From positions 4,164 through 68,163 of the forward strand of contig DATBAP010000079.1 in NCBI GenBank assembly GCA_036271455.1: a DNA stretch of 64,000 bases, read 5' to 3'. This document shows positions 29,778 to 39,002 of this stretch, piece by piece. The stretch comes from Rhizomicrobium sp. (GTDB taxonomy: Bacteria > Pseudomonadota > Alphaproteobacteria > Micropepsales > Micropepsaceae). The notes below the pieces were generated by a model. That model was not told where the DNA came from. It ran no database searches and worked only from the letters and a program-made list of their open reading frames with translations. A program made the position numbers and the translations under genes. The stretch's first letter is position 1. Each line of letters begins with the position of its first letter.

Positions 29778-30478
29778 GCATCGCCGGGCGCATCGAGGTG
29801 GTCAAAGACCTGGAAACCCTCTCGGTCCAGGCTGCCGAATTGATCGCCGACCATATTCGCGAATCCAGCGATCCGTACCGTCTGGCGCTATCGGGCGGCA
29901 ACACACCGCGCGGCTGCTATCGGCATCTGGCCCATCTGCATCAGCTGCCTTGGGACCAGGTGGAGATCTTTCAAGGCGACGAGCGCTTCGTGCCGCCTGA
30001 CAATCCCGACAGCAATTACCGCATGATCCGCGACACCTTGCTCAAAAGCATCGCGCCGCGCGGCGTCTTCGCCATGCCCACCGATGGGACGCCGCAGCAG
30101 GCCGCGCGCGCCTATGAAGAGATGCTGCGCCAGCAATATGGAGCAAGCGCGCTGGCCCCCGGCCGGCCTCTGTTCGATTTGCAGTTGCTGGGCCTGGGTG
30201 AGGATGGCCACACCGCCTCGCTAATCCCTGGTCAGCCGGTGCTGGACAATCGCGCCGACTGGGTGGCGGCGGTGCCGCAGGGCCGCGATGAAGCCCGCCT
30301 CACGCTCACTTATCCCGCGCTGGAGTCGAGCCGGCTGATCTTGTTCCTGGTTTCAGGCGCGGCCAAACGTGATGTGATGGCGCGGGTACGGGCCGGCGAT
30401 CAGACGGTTCCCGCGGGCCGGCTCCGTCCACAAGGCGAGGTGATCTGGTTGGCGGATAACGCTGCGGCGGGCGCCTAG
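29774..30478 (+). CDS. pgl: 6-phosphogluconolactonase
   Basis: LSGGNTP, GDERFVP, SNY, LGLGEDGHTASL. Confidence 0.92.
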   Translation: MSIAGRIEVVKDLETLSVQAAELIADHIRESSDPYRLALSGGNTPRGCYRHLAHLHQLPWDQVEIFQGDERFVPPDNPDSNYRMIRDTLLKSIAPRGVFAMPTDGTPQQAARAYEEMLRQQYGASALAPGRPLFDLQLLGLGEDGHTASLIPGQPVLDNRADWVAAVPQGRDEARLTLTYPALESSRLILFLVSGAAKRDVMARVRAGDQTVPAGRLRPQGEVIWLADNAAAGA

Positions 30479-30480
30479 AC

Positions 30481-32340
30481 ATGCGCATCGAGGATTACGC
30501 CGTAATCGGCGATTGCCACACCGCGGCCCTGGTGGGCCGCAACGGCTCCATCGACTGGCTATGCATGCCCCGCTTCGATTCGGATGCGTGTTTCGCTGCG
30601 CTTCTGGGCACCCCTGAACATGGCCGCTGGCTGATCGCCCCAGTAAGGAAAGGGAAAAAAGCCACGCCGCCCCGCGTGAGCAGGCGCTATCGCGGCGATA
30701 GCCTGATTCTGGAGACGCTTTTCACCACCTCCACCGGCTCGGTCAGACTGATCGACTTCATGGTGATGGGCGCCGATGACCGTTCGGTGGTGCGCATTGT
30801 CGAAGGCGTTTCGGGCCATGTGGCGATGGAGACCGAGCTGGTCATCCGCTTCGATTATGGCATCACCATCCCCTGGGTGAACCGGGTCGATTCCAAGACC
30901 ACCACCGCCGTCGCCGGCCCGCATCTTCTTTGCATTCGCACACCCGCCCCGCTACATGGCGAGGATTTGCGCTCGGTGGCTGAGTTCACGGTGAAGCGGG
31001 GCGACCGGATTCCCTTCGTGATGAGCTACAGCCCATCGCAGCTCAAGATGCCCCAGGTGATAGACGCCGACATCGCCCTGGAAGAGACCGAGAAAGCCTG
31101 GGCCGAGTGGGCGGGTCTTTGCCGCCTCAAGGGCAAATGGCGCAATCAGACCATACGCTCGCTGCTCACCTTGAAGAGCCTGAGCTACAAGCCTACTGGC
31201 GGCATCGTCGCCGCCGTCACCACCTCGCTTCCGGAGCGGATCGGCGGCACGCGCAACTGGGATTACCGCTATTGCTGGCTCAGGGACGCCACCTTCACAC
31301 TGCTGGCCTTCCTCAATGCCGGTTACACCGAGGAAGCCGATGTCTGGCAGCATTGGCTGATGCGCGTGATCGCGGGTTCGCCGGAACAGCTTCAGACCAT
31401 GTACAGCGTGATGGGCGAGAAGCGGTTGGACGAATTTGAGCTTCCCCATCTGCCCGGCTATGAGAATTCACGTCCCGTCCGGGTCGGCAATGCCGCCGCC
31501 ACGCAACTCCAGCTCGATATTTTCGGCGAACTGGCCGATGTGATGGCCCAGGCGCGCAAGGGCGGATTGCCGCCGGCGCCGCGCCGCACCGAAATCCGCC
31601 AGATCTTCCTGGAGCATCTGGAGAAGATCTGGCGCACTGCCGACGAAGGCATCTGGGAAATCCGGGGCGACCCCCAGCATTTCGTCCATTCCAAGGTGAT
31701 GACCTGGGTGGCATTCGACCGCGCCGCCAGCTCCAGGCCTAATGAGAAACGCTATTCGGCGCATTTGCGCAAAATCGCCGACACGATTCATCGCGACATC
31801 TGCGCCAATGGCATCGATCCCGAGCGCGGCTGTTTCGTCCAGGCCTATGGTTCGACCTTGATGGACGCCAGCCTTTTGCTTTTGCCGCTGGTGGGTTTTC
31901 TGCCGGCGCGTGACAAGCGCATCCGGCGCACCGTGCAGGAGATCGAGAAGCGATTGATCAACAAGGGCCTGGTGATGCGCTACGAAACCAAGACCGGTGT
32001 GGATGGTTTGCCGCCCGGCGAAGGCGCCTTCCTGGCCTGCAGTTTCTGGCTGGCCGACAATTATACTTTGATGGGGCGGCACAAAGACGCGCTCAAGCTG
32101 TACAATCGGCTCAGGCGCCTCGCCAATGATGTGGGATTGTTCGCGGAAGAATATGATCCCGAGACCAAACGCCAGCTGGGCAATTTTCCCCAGGCCTTTT
32201 CCCATGTCGCGCTGATCAACACCGCGCTCAATCTGATGATCCAAGAAGAAAGTCGTCACAATGGCCGCAAGAAAAAGAACCGCAAGCGTATCGTCCGCTA
32301 CCAGGATCCTGGCCATCGACGTAGGCGGCACCGGGCTTAA
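30481..32340 (+). CDS. GH15 glycoside hydrolase (trehalase-like)
   Basis: IEDYAVIGD, TTSLPE, RNWDYRYCWLRD, DEGIWE, GNFPQAFSH. Confidence 0.88.
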   Translation: MRIEDYAVIGDCHTAALVGRNGSIDWLCMPRFDSDACFAALLGTPEHGRWLIAPVRKGKKATPPRVSRRYRGDSLILETLFTTSTGSVRLIDFMVMGADDRSVVRIVEGVSGHVAMETELVIRFDYGITIPWVNRVDSKTTTAVAGPHLLCIRTPAPLHGEDLRSVAEFTVKRGDRIPFVMSYSPSQLKMPQVIDADIALEETEKAWAEWAGLCRLKGKWRNQTIRSLLTLKSLSYKPTGGIVAAVTTSLPERIGGTRNWDYRYCWLRDATFTLLAFLNAGYTEEADVWQHWLMRVIAGSPEQLQTMYSVMGEKRLDEFELPHLPGYENSRPVRVGNAAATQLQLDIFGELADVMAQARKGGLPPAPRRTEIRQIFLEHLEKIWRTADEGIWEIRGDPQHFVHSKVMTWVAFDRAASSRPNEKRYSAHLRKIADTIHRDICANGIDPERGCFVQAYGSTLMDASLLLLPLVGFLPARDKRIRRTVQEIEKRLINKGLVMRYETKTGVDGLPPGEGAFLACSFWLADNYTLMGRHKDALKLYNRLRRLANDVGLFAEEYDPETKRQLGNFPQAFSHVALINTALNLMIQEESRHNGRKKKNRKRIVRYQDPGHRRRRHRA

Positions 32341-33010
32341 GGCCGCGATCATCGACACCAAGGGTCACTTTCTCAGCAAGCGGCTTCGGATGAAGACGCC
32401 GCATCATTGCAAGCCTGCCCGGATGGTCTCGCTCCTGGTCGATTTGGTTGCGCCGCTGAAGGGCTATGACCATGTCTCGATCGGCTTTCCCGGCTATGTC
32501 CGCGACGGCAAGGTCTTCACTGCGCCGAATCTGGGAACCAAGGCCTGGGCCGGCTTTCATCTCGCCCAGGCGCTGGAGCGGAAATTGGGAAAACCCACCC
32601 GCCTCAACAATGACGCCGACGTTCAAGGTCTGGCGGTGATTTCGGGCAAGGGTCTGGAATTGGTGTGCACCTTGGGGACAGGCTTCGGCACCGCTTGGTT
32701 TCGCGACGGTGAATTGCTGCCGCATATGGAGCTGGCCCATATGCCCATCCATCATAAATCCGATTTCGACGGTTATATCGGCGAAGCCGAGCGCAAGAAG
32801 ATCGGCAACAAAGAATGGAACAAGCGGGTGAAGGCGCTTATTCCCGTGCTCGCCACCGTAATGAACTACGATCACCTTTATCTTGGCGGCGGCAATGCAC
32901 AGCGCATCACATTCAAGCTGCCCAGGAATGTCACCCTGGTCTCGAACGACGCGGGCATGGAAGGCGGCGCTTTTGTCTGGCATCCCAAGGGGCCGCGCAA
33001 AATAGCCTAA
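32261..33010 (+). CDS. ROK-family kinase, polyphosphate glucokinase-like
   Basis: AIDVGGTGLK, GFPG, NDADVQG, TLGTGFG, ELAH, GGGN. Confidence 0.78.
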   Translation: MAARKRTASVSSATRILAIDVGGTGLKAAIIDTKGHFLSKRLRMKTPHHCKPARMVSLLVDLVAPLKGYDHVSIGFPGYVRDGKVFTAPNLGTKAWAGFHLAQALERKLGKPTRLNNDADVQGLAVISGKGLELVCTLGTGFGTAWFRDGELLPHMELAHMPIHHKSDFDGYIGEAERKKIGNKEWNKRVKALIPVLATVMNYDHLYLGGGNAQRITFKLPRNVTLVSNDAGMEGGAFVWHPKGPRKIA

Positions 33011-33030
33011 CGGAGGATTGCCTCGGTTTG

Positions 33031-33055
33031 GGAACTCCGACTTTTTTCGGGCGTT
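33031..33055 (+). promoter_or_regulatory. EcfG-type general stress promoter
   Basis: GGAAC-N16-CGTT upstream of otsB. Confidence 0.75.
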
Positions 33056-33131
33056 CCCAGAACGGGCGATATTCTAGGCCCTAAGGGCCAGGTTTTTGGC
33101 GATTTTGAAGCAGCCTTTTTGAGACAGATGT

Positions 33132-33878
33132 ATGTTGGACGGGATGATGCCGCCTGTGGGCAAGAACTCGGCTCTTTTTCTGGATATCGACGGCACTTTG
33201 CTCGACTTGGCGCGCACGCCTGAGGCGGTGGCGGTGCCGGACGGCTTGAGGGCGGTCCTGAGCACGCTCCATGACGTGTTTGAAGGCGCGCTGGCCTTTG
33301 TGAGCGGCCGCTCGCTTGCGGCGATTGACTGCTTGTTCGCCCCCCTGAAGGTGCCGGCGATCGGCTGCCATGGCGTTGAGATACGCGGCGCCGATGGCGC
33401 GCTCCGGACATTGGCCGCGCCCATCCCGGCGCCCGTGCGCGAATTGCTGCAAGATCTGGTAGACGCGCATCCCGGCACTTCGCTGGAAGACAAGGTCTAC
33501 ACCATTGCTTTGCATTACCGGTTGGCGCCGGAAGCGCGGCCGGCCTTGGAAGCGGCGCTGCAAGACCATCACGCCATGTTCGCCACCGAAAAAGTCACGT
33601 TGCAGGAAGGCAAGGCCGTGATCGAGGCCAAGCCCCTTGGCGTCGACAAGGGTGTAGGGGTGCGCGCCTTGCTGTGCGAGCCGCCTTTCAAGGGCCGCGT
33701 GCCGGTGTTCGGGGGCGACGACACCACCGACATGGATGTTTTCCAGATCCTTCCGGAATTGGGCGGGAAAAGCTTCTCGGTGGGCCGCCGCTTCGAGGGC
33801 GTGGATTATCATTTCCCGTCGCCACTGGCCGTCCGGCAATGGCTGACCCGACTGGCCGAGCAGGGGGTTGGCGCATGA
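33132..33878 (+). CDS. otsB: Trehalose-6-phosphate phosphatase
   Basis: FLDIDGTL, VSGR, GCHGVE, LHYR, DKG, GDDTTD. Confidence 0.92.
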   Translation: MLDGMMPPVGKNSALFLDIDGTLLDLARTPEAVAVPDGLRAVLSTLHDVFEGALAFVSGRSLAAIDCLFAPLKVPAIGCHGVEIRGADGALRTLAAPIPAPVRELLQDLVDAHPGTSLEDKVYTIALHYRLAPEARPALEAALQDHHAMFATEKVTLQEGKAVIEAKPLGVDKGVGVRALLCEPPFKGRVPVFGGDDTTDMDVFQILPELGGKSFSVGRRFEGVDYHFPSPLAVRQWLTRLAEQGVGA

Positions 33879-35665
33879 GGCCGCAACCTCTTGATCTGGC
33901 GGTGATCGGCAATGGCCGCACCGCTGCCCTGGTGGACCGCAACGGCCGGATGGTGTGGTGGTGCTTTCCCCGCTTCGACAGCGATCCGATTTTCTGCCGC
34001 CTGATCGCGGGCGATGAGGACAAAGGATTTTCCGACGTCGTGCTGGAAGGTTTTTCCCACAGCCAGTCGCGCTATGAACGCAACACCGCAACGGTGGAAA
34101 CGCTGTTGACCGCCAAGGACGGATCGGCGGTCCGGATCACGGATTTCGCGCCTCGTTTCCGCAATTTCGATCGCATCCTGCGGCCGCCTCAGCTGATGCG
34201 CCGGATCGAACCGGTGGCAGGCATGCCGCGCATCACCATCCGGCTTCGCCCCACCCAGGATTACGGCAAGCCCATGTCGCGGCGCGTGGCGGGCTCCAAT
34301 CACTTGACCTATGGCGAACCGGCGCTGATCAGGCTCACGACCGATGCACCTGTGTCTTACATAGAAGACGAGACGGTGTTCGCGCTGGTGCGGCCGCTCA
34401 CTTTGGTCCTGGGCGCCGACGAGCCCTTCGCGGGCGAGCCCGAGGCCACCGGCCGCGAATTTCTCCATCGCACCAATGAATATTGGCGCGAATGGGTGCG
34501 CCGGATCTCCATCGCCTTTGAATGGCAGGAAGCCACCATCCGCGCCGCCATCACCCTCAAGCTTTCCAATTTCGAGGAGACCGGCGGCATCGTCGCGGCG
34601 CTCACCACCTCGCTTCCCGAAGCGGCGCATTCCGGCCGCAACTGGGACTACCGCTATTGCTGGCTGAGGGATGCTTATTTCGTGGTCCGGGCGCTCAACC
34701 GTATCGGCGCCACCAAGACGATGGAGGATTACGTCGCCTTTCTGTTCTCCATTGTGGGCGAGGAAGACGTGCTCAAGCCCGTCTATGGCATCGTGCCGTC
34801 GAGGGATTTGACCGAATGGATCGCGCCCGACCTCAAAGGCTTCGAGGGCCACGGCCCGGTTCGGATCGGCAACGCCGCCGTGACGCAAACCCAGCATGAC
34901 GCTTATGGCAGCGTGATCCTGTCGGCTGTGCCCATGTTCTTCGACAAACGCCTGCCGCGCCCCGGAGGCGAGCCTTTGTTCCGCCTGATCGAGAAGATGG
35001 CGCGCCAATGCGCGGCCCTGGCCTTGGAGCCCGATGCCGGCATTTGGGAATATCGCGGGCGCAAGCGCATCCACACCCATTCCGCCGCCATGTGCTGGGC
35101 GGGACTGAGCCGCGCCGGCGCCATTGCCCAGCGTTTGGGCTTCGCCGACCGCGCCCAGCACTGGAACGGCATCGCCGACAAGGTGGGAAGCGTGATTCTC
35201 GAACGCTGCTGGAACGAGAAACGCAAGGCTTATACCGCCGCGATCGACACCGAGGACATGGACGCCAGCGTCCTGTTGTTGCCGGAATTGGGATTGCTCG
35301 ACAGCGCCGATCCCCGCTTCGCCTCGACGGTCGCGGCGATCGAAAGCGAATTGGTCAAGGGACGCCATGTGCTGCGCTATGCGGCGCAGGACGATTTCGG
35401 CCTGCCGGAATCGGAATTCCTGGTCTGCCGTTTCTGGCTGATCGACGCGCTGTGCCTGTTGGGGCGGCAGGAGGAAGCGCGCGACCGCTTCGAGGATGCG
35501 CTCGCACTCCGCAACCATTACGGACTCTTCGCCGAAGATATCGATCCCAAGACCGGCCGGCTGTGGGGCAATTTTCCCCAGACCTATTCCATGGCCGGCC
35601 TGATCTTGAGCGCCATGCGTCTCAGCAAAAGCTGGGAGGAACGCTATTGGCACGCATCTTCATAA
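33875..35665 (+). CDS. GH15 glycoside hydrolase (trehalase-like), second paralog
   Basis: LAVIGNG, TTSLPE, RNWDYRYCWLRD, DAGIWE, GNFPQTYS; ATGA-coupled to otsB. Confidence 0.88.
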   Translation: MRPQPLDLAVIGNGRTAALVDRNGRMVWWCFPRFDSDPIFCRLIAGDEDKGFSDVVLEGFSHSQSRYERNTATVETLLTAKDGSAVRITDFAPRFRNFDRILRPPQLMRRIEPVAGMPRITIRLRPTQDYGKPMSRRVAGSNHLTYGEPALIRLTTDAPVSYIEDETVFALVRPLTLVLGADEPFAGEPEATGREFLHRTNEYWREWVRRISIAFEWQEATIRAAITLKLSNFEETGGIVAALTTSLPEAAHSGRNWDYRYCWLRDAYFVVRALNRIGATKTMEDYVAFLFSIVGEEDVLKPVYGIVPSRDLTEWIAPDLKGFEGHGPVRIGNAAVTQTQHDAYGSVILSAVPMFFDKRLPRPGGEPLFRLIEKMARQCAALALEPDAGIWEYRGRKRIHTHSAAMCWAGLSRAGAIAQRLGFADRAQHWNGIADKVGSVILERCWNEKRKAYTAAIDTEDMDASVLLLPELGLLDSADPRFASTVAAIESELVKGRHVLRYAAQDDFGLPESEFLVCRFWLIDALCLLGRQEEARDRFEDALALRNHYGLFAEDIDPKTGRLWGNFPQTYSMAGLILSAMRLSKSWEERYWHASS

Positions 35666-37047
35666 TCTCCAACCGCGTGGCGACGCCGCAGTCCGGTCTT
35701 CATGCCGGCGGCTTGGAAGTCGTGCTGAAAGCGACGCTCAAGAACCATCCTTGCGTCTGGATGGGTTGGTCGGGCGAGATCAAGGAACATCCCAAGACCC
35801 GCACCATTCTTCAGAAGAACAACACCTTCATCGTCAGCGACCTCACCCGCGAGGATTTTGACGAATATTACAGCGGCTTCGCCAACAGCGTACTGTGGCC
35901 GGTGCTGCATTACCGGCTTGATCTGGCGGAATTCTCTCGCCGCGATCTCTCGGGCTATATGCGCGTCAACGAGCATTTCGCCGACGAGATGGTGAAGGTG
36001 CTCAAGCCCGACGATATTGTCTGGGTGCATGATTATCACCTGATCCCGCTGGCCAAGGCGCTGCGCCAGCGCGGCCTGCAGAACCGGGTGGGATTTTTCC
36101 TGCACACGCCCATGCCGCCGCCGGAAATCATCGCCGCCATGCCCAATCACGAGCATCTGATCCCGTCGCTGGGCCAATATGATCTGGTGGGCTTTCAGAC
36201 CGACAATGACGCGGCCAATTTCGCCCGCTACATGGCCAACGAGTTGGGCACGCCTTCGCATATCTCGCGTCAGCTGGGCGGAGGCAACCGGGTGATGCGC
36301 ATTGGCACCTTCCCGGTTGGGGTGGAAACGCGGCAATTCGCGCGGCTGGCGCGGCGCGCGCGCAAGACCGACCTGGTGAAAAAAGTGATGGGAAGCATCC
36401 CTGGCTTGCTGATGATCGGGGTGGACCGCTTGGACTACAGCAAGGGAATTCACCCGCGTCTGGAGGCTTATGAGCGGTTCCTGGCCGCCAATCCCCAATG
36501 GCACGGCAAGATCACCTATCTGCAGATCACGCCCAAGAGCCGGTCCCAGATCAAGGAATATGCGGACATGGAAGATGCGGTGAGCGGCATGGCCGGACGC
36601 ATCAACGGCACCTATTCCGACGCTTCCTGGTCGCCGGTGCGTTATGTGAACCGTCCCTACAGCCGTACCGCTTTGTCGGGCCTCTATCGTGGCGCGCGTG
36701 TGGCGCTGGTGACGCCTTTGCGTGACGGCATGAATCTGGTGGCCAAGGAATATGTCGCGGCTCAGGATGCCGCCAATCCGGGCGTGCTGATCCTGTCGCG
36801 CTTTGCCGGCGCCGCCGCCGAGTTCAGGGAGGGCGCGCTTCTGGTCAACCCTTACGATCCCGATCAGGTGGCTGCCGCCATCGCGCGCGCGGCGGCGATG
36901 CCGCAGGCCGAGCGCAAGAGCCGCCACGCCGCGCTTTACCGGGTGCTGCTCTCCAACGATATTTCTGGCTGGGGCGACAAATTCCTGGCGAACTTGATGG
37001 GCGACAAGAAATTCACTCTCAAGAGCACGCCGCCGGCGCGTCATTGA
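35647..37047 (+). CDS. otsA: Trehalose-6-phosphate synthase
   Basis: TTG start, ISNRV, AGGL, WVHDYHL, GFFLHTP, VDRLDYSKG, DGMNLVAKEY. Confidence 0.93.
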   Translation: MARIFIISNRVATPQSGLHAGGLEVVLKATLKNHPCVWMGWSGEIKEHPKTRTILQKNNTFIVSDLTREDFDEYYSGFANSVLWPVLHYRLDLAEFSRRDLSGYMRVNEHFADEMVKVLKPDDIVWVHDYHLIPLAKALRQRGLQNRVGFFLHTPMPPPEIIAAMPNHEHLIPSLGQYDLVGFQTDNDAANFARYMANELGTPSHISRQLGGGNRVMRIGTFPVGVETRQFARLARRARKTDLVKKVMGSIPGLLMIGVDRLDYSKGIHPRLEAYERFLAANPQWHGKITYLQITPKSRSQIKEYADMEDAVSGMAGRINGTYSDASWSPVRYVNRPYSRTALSGLYRGARVALVTPLRDGMNLVAKEYVAAQDAANPGVLILSRFAGAAAEFREGALLVNPYDPDQVAAAIARAAAMPQAERKSRHAALYRVLLSNDISGWGDKFLANLMGDKKFTLKSTPPARH

Positions 37048-37865
37048 TGGGTGGGCGCAAGCAGCGAGAGCAGCGCCGCCAGTCCCACCACCGCCAGTCC
37101 CAAGCCCAATTCCCAGCCGGCGCGGCTCCTCAGCCGCGCCACCATGCCTGTTTGGGCCAGGCGCGGCAGAAGACGGAAATGATTGCCCAGCGCCAGGGCG
37201 ATCATCATCAAAGCCAGGATGACTTTCAGCACCAGGATACCGGCATAGACCAAATTGTCATGGCCCGGATTGCCCAAAAGCACGATGGCGGCGTTGATGA
37301 TGCCGGTCATCACCAGCAGCGCCACCGTGATCATGCCCCATTCGGCGAACAGCGCCACCGCCTGGGGCAGGCGCGGCGCCGCAGGCCGGCTGCGCAGCAT
37401 CGCCAGCAGCACGCACAATCCGCCGATCCAATAGGCCGCGGTGAGAAGATGCAGGCTGTCATTGGCCGCGCCGATGACCGCGAAACCTTGCAGACTGGCG
37501 CGTGCGGCATGGCCTGTAGCGGCGATCAAGACCAGCGCCGTGCCGGAAAGCCACGCCGTGATGCGCAGCCGTCCGGTCCAGACCGCGCCCACCAGAAGCA
37601 TCAGCAGCACGAGCCGAGCGAGCACGATCCAGCCACCGGGCGTACCAATCAGCCAGGATGCCGTGCCTGGTGTGCCGATCAGCCAGGCCGGCGCACTCAC
37701 CAGCGCCAGCAGGGATGCGCCACGCCGGCCCAAACTCAGACTGCTTCCTTCGAACGCCAGTTCCGGCACCTTGGCGGCAAAGAGAGCCAGAAGACAGGCG
37801 CTGCCGAACAAACCCATCACGCTCGCGTCATGAAGCGCGCGCGCCAGATGGGCAAGCGCGATCAC
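37041..37865 (-). CDS. copD: CopD-family copper resistance membrane protein
   Basis: TGHAA, HLLTAAYWIGGL, TGIINA, LKV..LALGNHF; downstream of copC. Confidence 0.75.
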   Translation of the reverse strand: MIALAHLARALHDASVMGLFGSACLLALFAAKVPELAFEGSSLSLGRRGASLLALVSAPAWLIGTPGTASWLIGTPGGWIVLARLVLLMLLVGAVWTGRLRITAWLSGTALVLIAATGHAARASLQGFAVIGAANDSLHLLTAAYWIGGLCVLLAMLRSRPAAPRLPQAVALFAEWGMITVALLVMTGIINAAIVLLGNPGHDNLVYAGILVLKVILALMMIALALGNHFRLLPRLAQTGMVARLRSRAGWELGLGLAVVGLAALLSLLAPTHQ

Positions 37866-38206
37866 GGCCGCACGGTGAACTGGATGCGGCCATCCAGGCG
37901 GTGGCCCTCATGGCCCACCGAATGCCAACTCACGGTATAAACGCCGGGCGGCAGAAGCTGATCGGGCCGAAGCCGCAGAAGGGGGCCATCAATCTTGACG
38001 GGATCGGCGGTCCAGTTGCGCCCATCCTGGTCCAGCAGCAGCGCGCCGGAGAAAGCGGGCTCCAGTGCTTCACTGAAAGTGAGCAGGATGCGGGCCGGCG
38101 CGCGTATCCGGGCACCATTGGCGGGCGAGGATTTAAGCAGATGGGCGTTGGCAAACGCGGGCGCGATGGAGAGAAGCAGGAAAGCAAGGCATGACAGGAA
38201 TTTCAT
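37862..38206 (-). CDS. copC: CopC periplasmic copper-binding protein
   Basis: Signal peptide, AHLLKSSPANG, FSE, GVYTVSWHSVGHEGHRLDG. Confidence 0.8.
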   Translation of the reverse strand: MKFLSCLAFLLLSIAPAFANAHLLKSSPANGARIRAPARILLTFSEALEPAFSGALLLDQDGRNWTADPVKIDGPLLRLRPDQLLPPGVYTVSWHSVGHEGHRLDGRIQFTVRP

Positions 38207-38312
38207 GCGCGCCCATATCCGAAAACTGAGCTCGTTCTAAACCGCATGCGCCCCACCCGCCAGCTATAACTGGGGGCAATAATCAGCCGCCGCGTTCAAG
38301 ACGCCTCGTCCA

Positions 38313-39002
38313 TCATTGGGCGTCATGGAAAATGACTCCCAGAGTATAGCGTTCGCCTGTGACGAGCGCGCTCACGCCATGGCGGTGATTGACCGCATAG
38401 GTGCCGCGCTTGCCTTGGACCGGCCGGTGGTGAACGGCGAACGCCACGCCGTCACCTTGCGTCAAAGGCACGACGCTGGCGCGGGACTGGGCGCGCGGCC
38501 GCTGCTCGGTCATCACGAATTCGCCGCCCGTGAAATCCGTGGCTGGCTCGGACAGCAGGATCGCCACCTGCAGGGGAAAGACATGTTCGCCGTAAAGATC
38601 CTGATGCAGGCAATTATAATCGCCCGGCCCATATTTGAGCAGCAGGGGCGTAGGCCGTCGCTGCCCCGCCTGGTGACAGCGCTTGAGATACTCTTCATGC
38701 GTGGCAGGATAGGTGACGTCTTCATGCCGCATCTCGGCCCAGCGATTGGCGATGGGCGCGAGCTTCGGATACAGCGCGTGCCGCAGACCCGCGACCGGGT
38801 CCGGCAGGGGATAGGCGAAATACTTGTATTCTCCCCGCCCGAAACCGTGCCGCGCCATTGCCACGGTGCTGCGGAAAATCTCTTTCTCGTAAAGACCGCG
38901 CAGCTTGGCGCAGATCTTCGCATCCATCAATTTGGGAAGCAGCGCCCAGCCCTGAGCGTCCAGCGAAGTGGCCGCCGCTTCCCAATCTTGTTTGCGCGTC
39001 AT
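38313..39002 (-). CDS. 2OG-Fe(II) oxygenase (DUF2086-like)
   Basis: GRGEYKYF, RPTPLLL, YNCLHQDLYG, GGEF, RHGVS, RYTLG; coupled to ada. Confidence 0.82.
   Translation of the reverse strand: MTRKQDWEAAATSLDAQGWALLPKLMDAKICAKLRGLYEKEIFRSTVAMARHGFGRGEYKYFAYPLPDPVAGLRHALYPKLAPIANRWAEMRHEDVTYPATHEEYLKRCHQAGQRRPTPLLLKYGPGDYNCLHQDLYGEHVFPLQVAILLSEPATDFTGGEFVMTEQRPRAQSRASVVPLTQGDGVAFAVHHRPVQGKRGTYAVNHRHGVSALVTGERYTLGVIFHDAQ

Noticed and set aside
35008-35646. Long N-terminal extensions in the ORF track (otsA 35008, GH15 33674, 2OG oxygenase 39230, CAP 50568, ald 62319, APC 62174)
   Set aside because: They overlap neighbouring genes and precede the conserved family N-termini; shorter starts were used.
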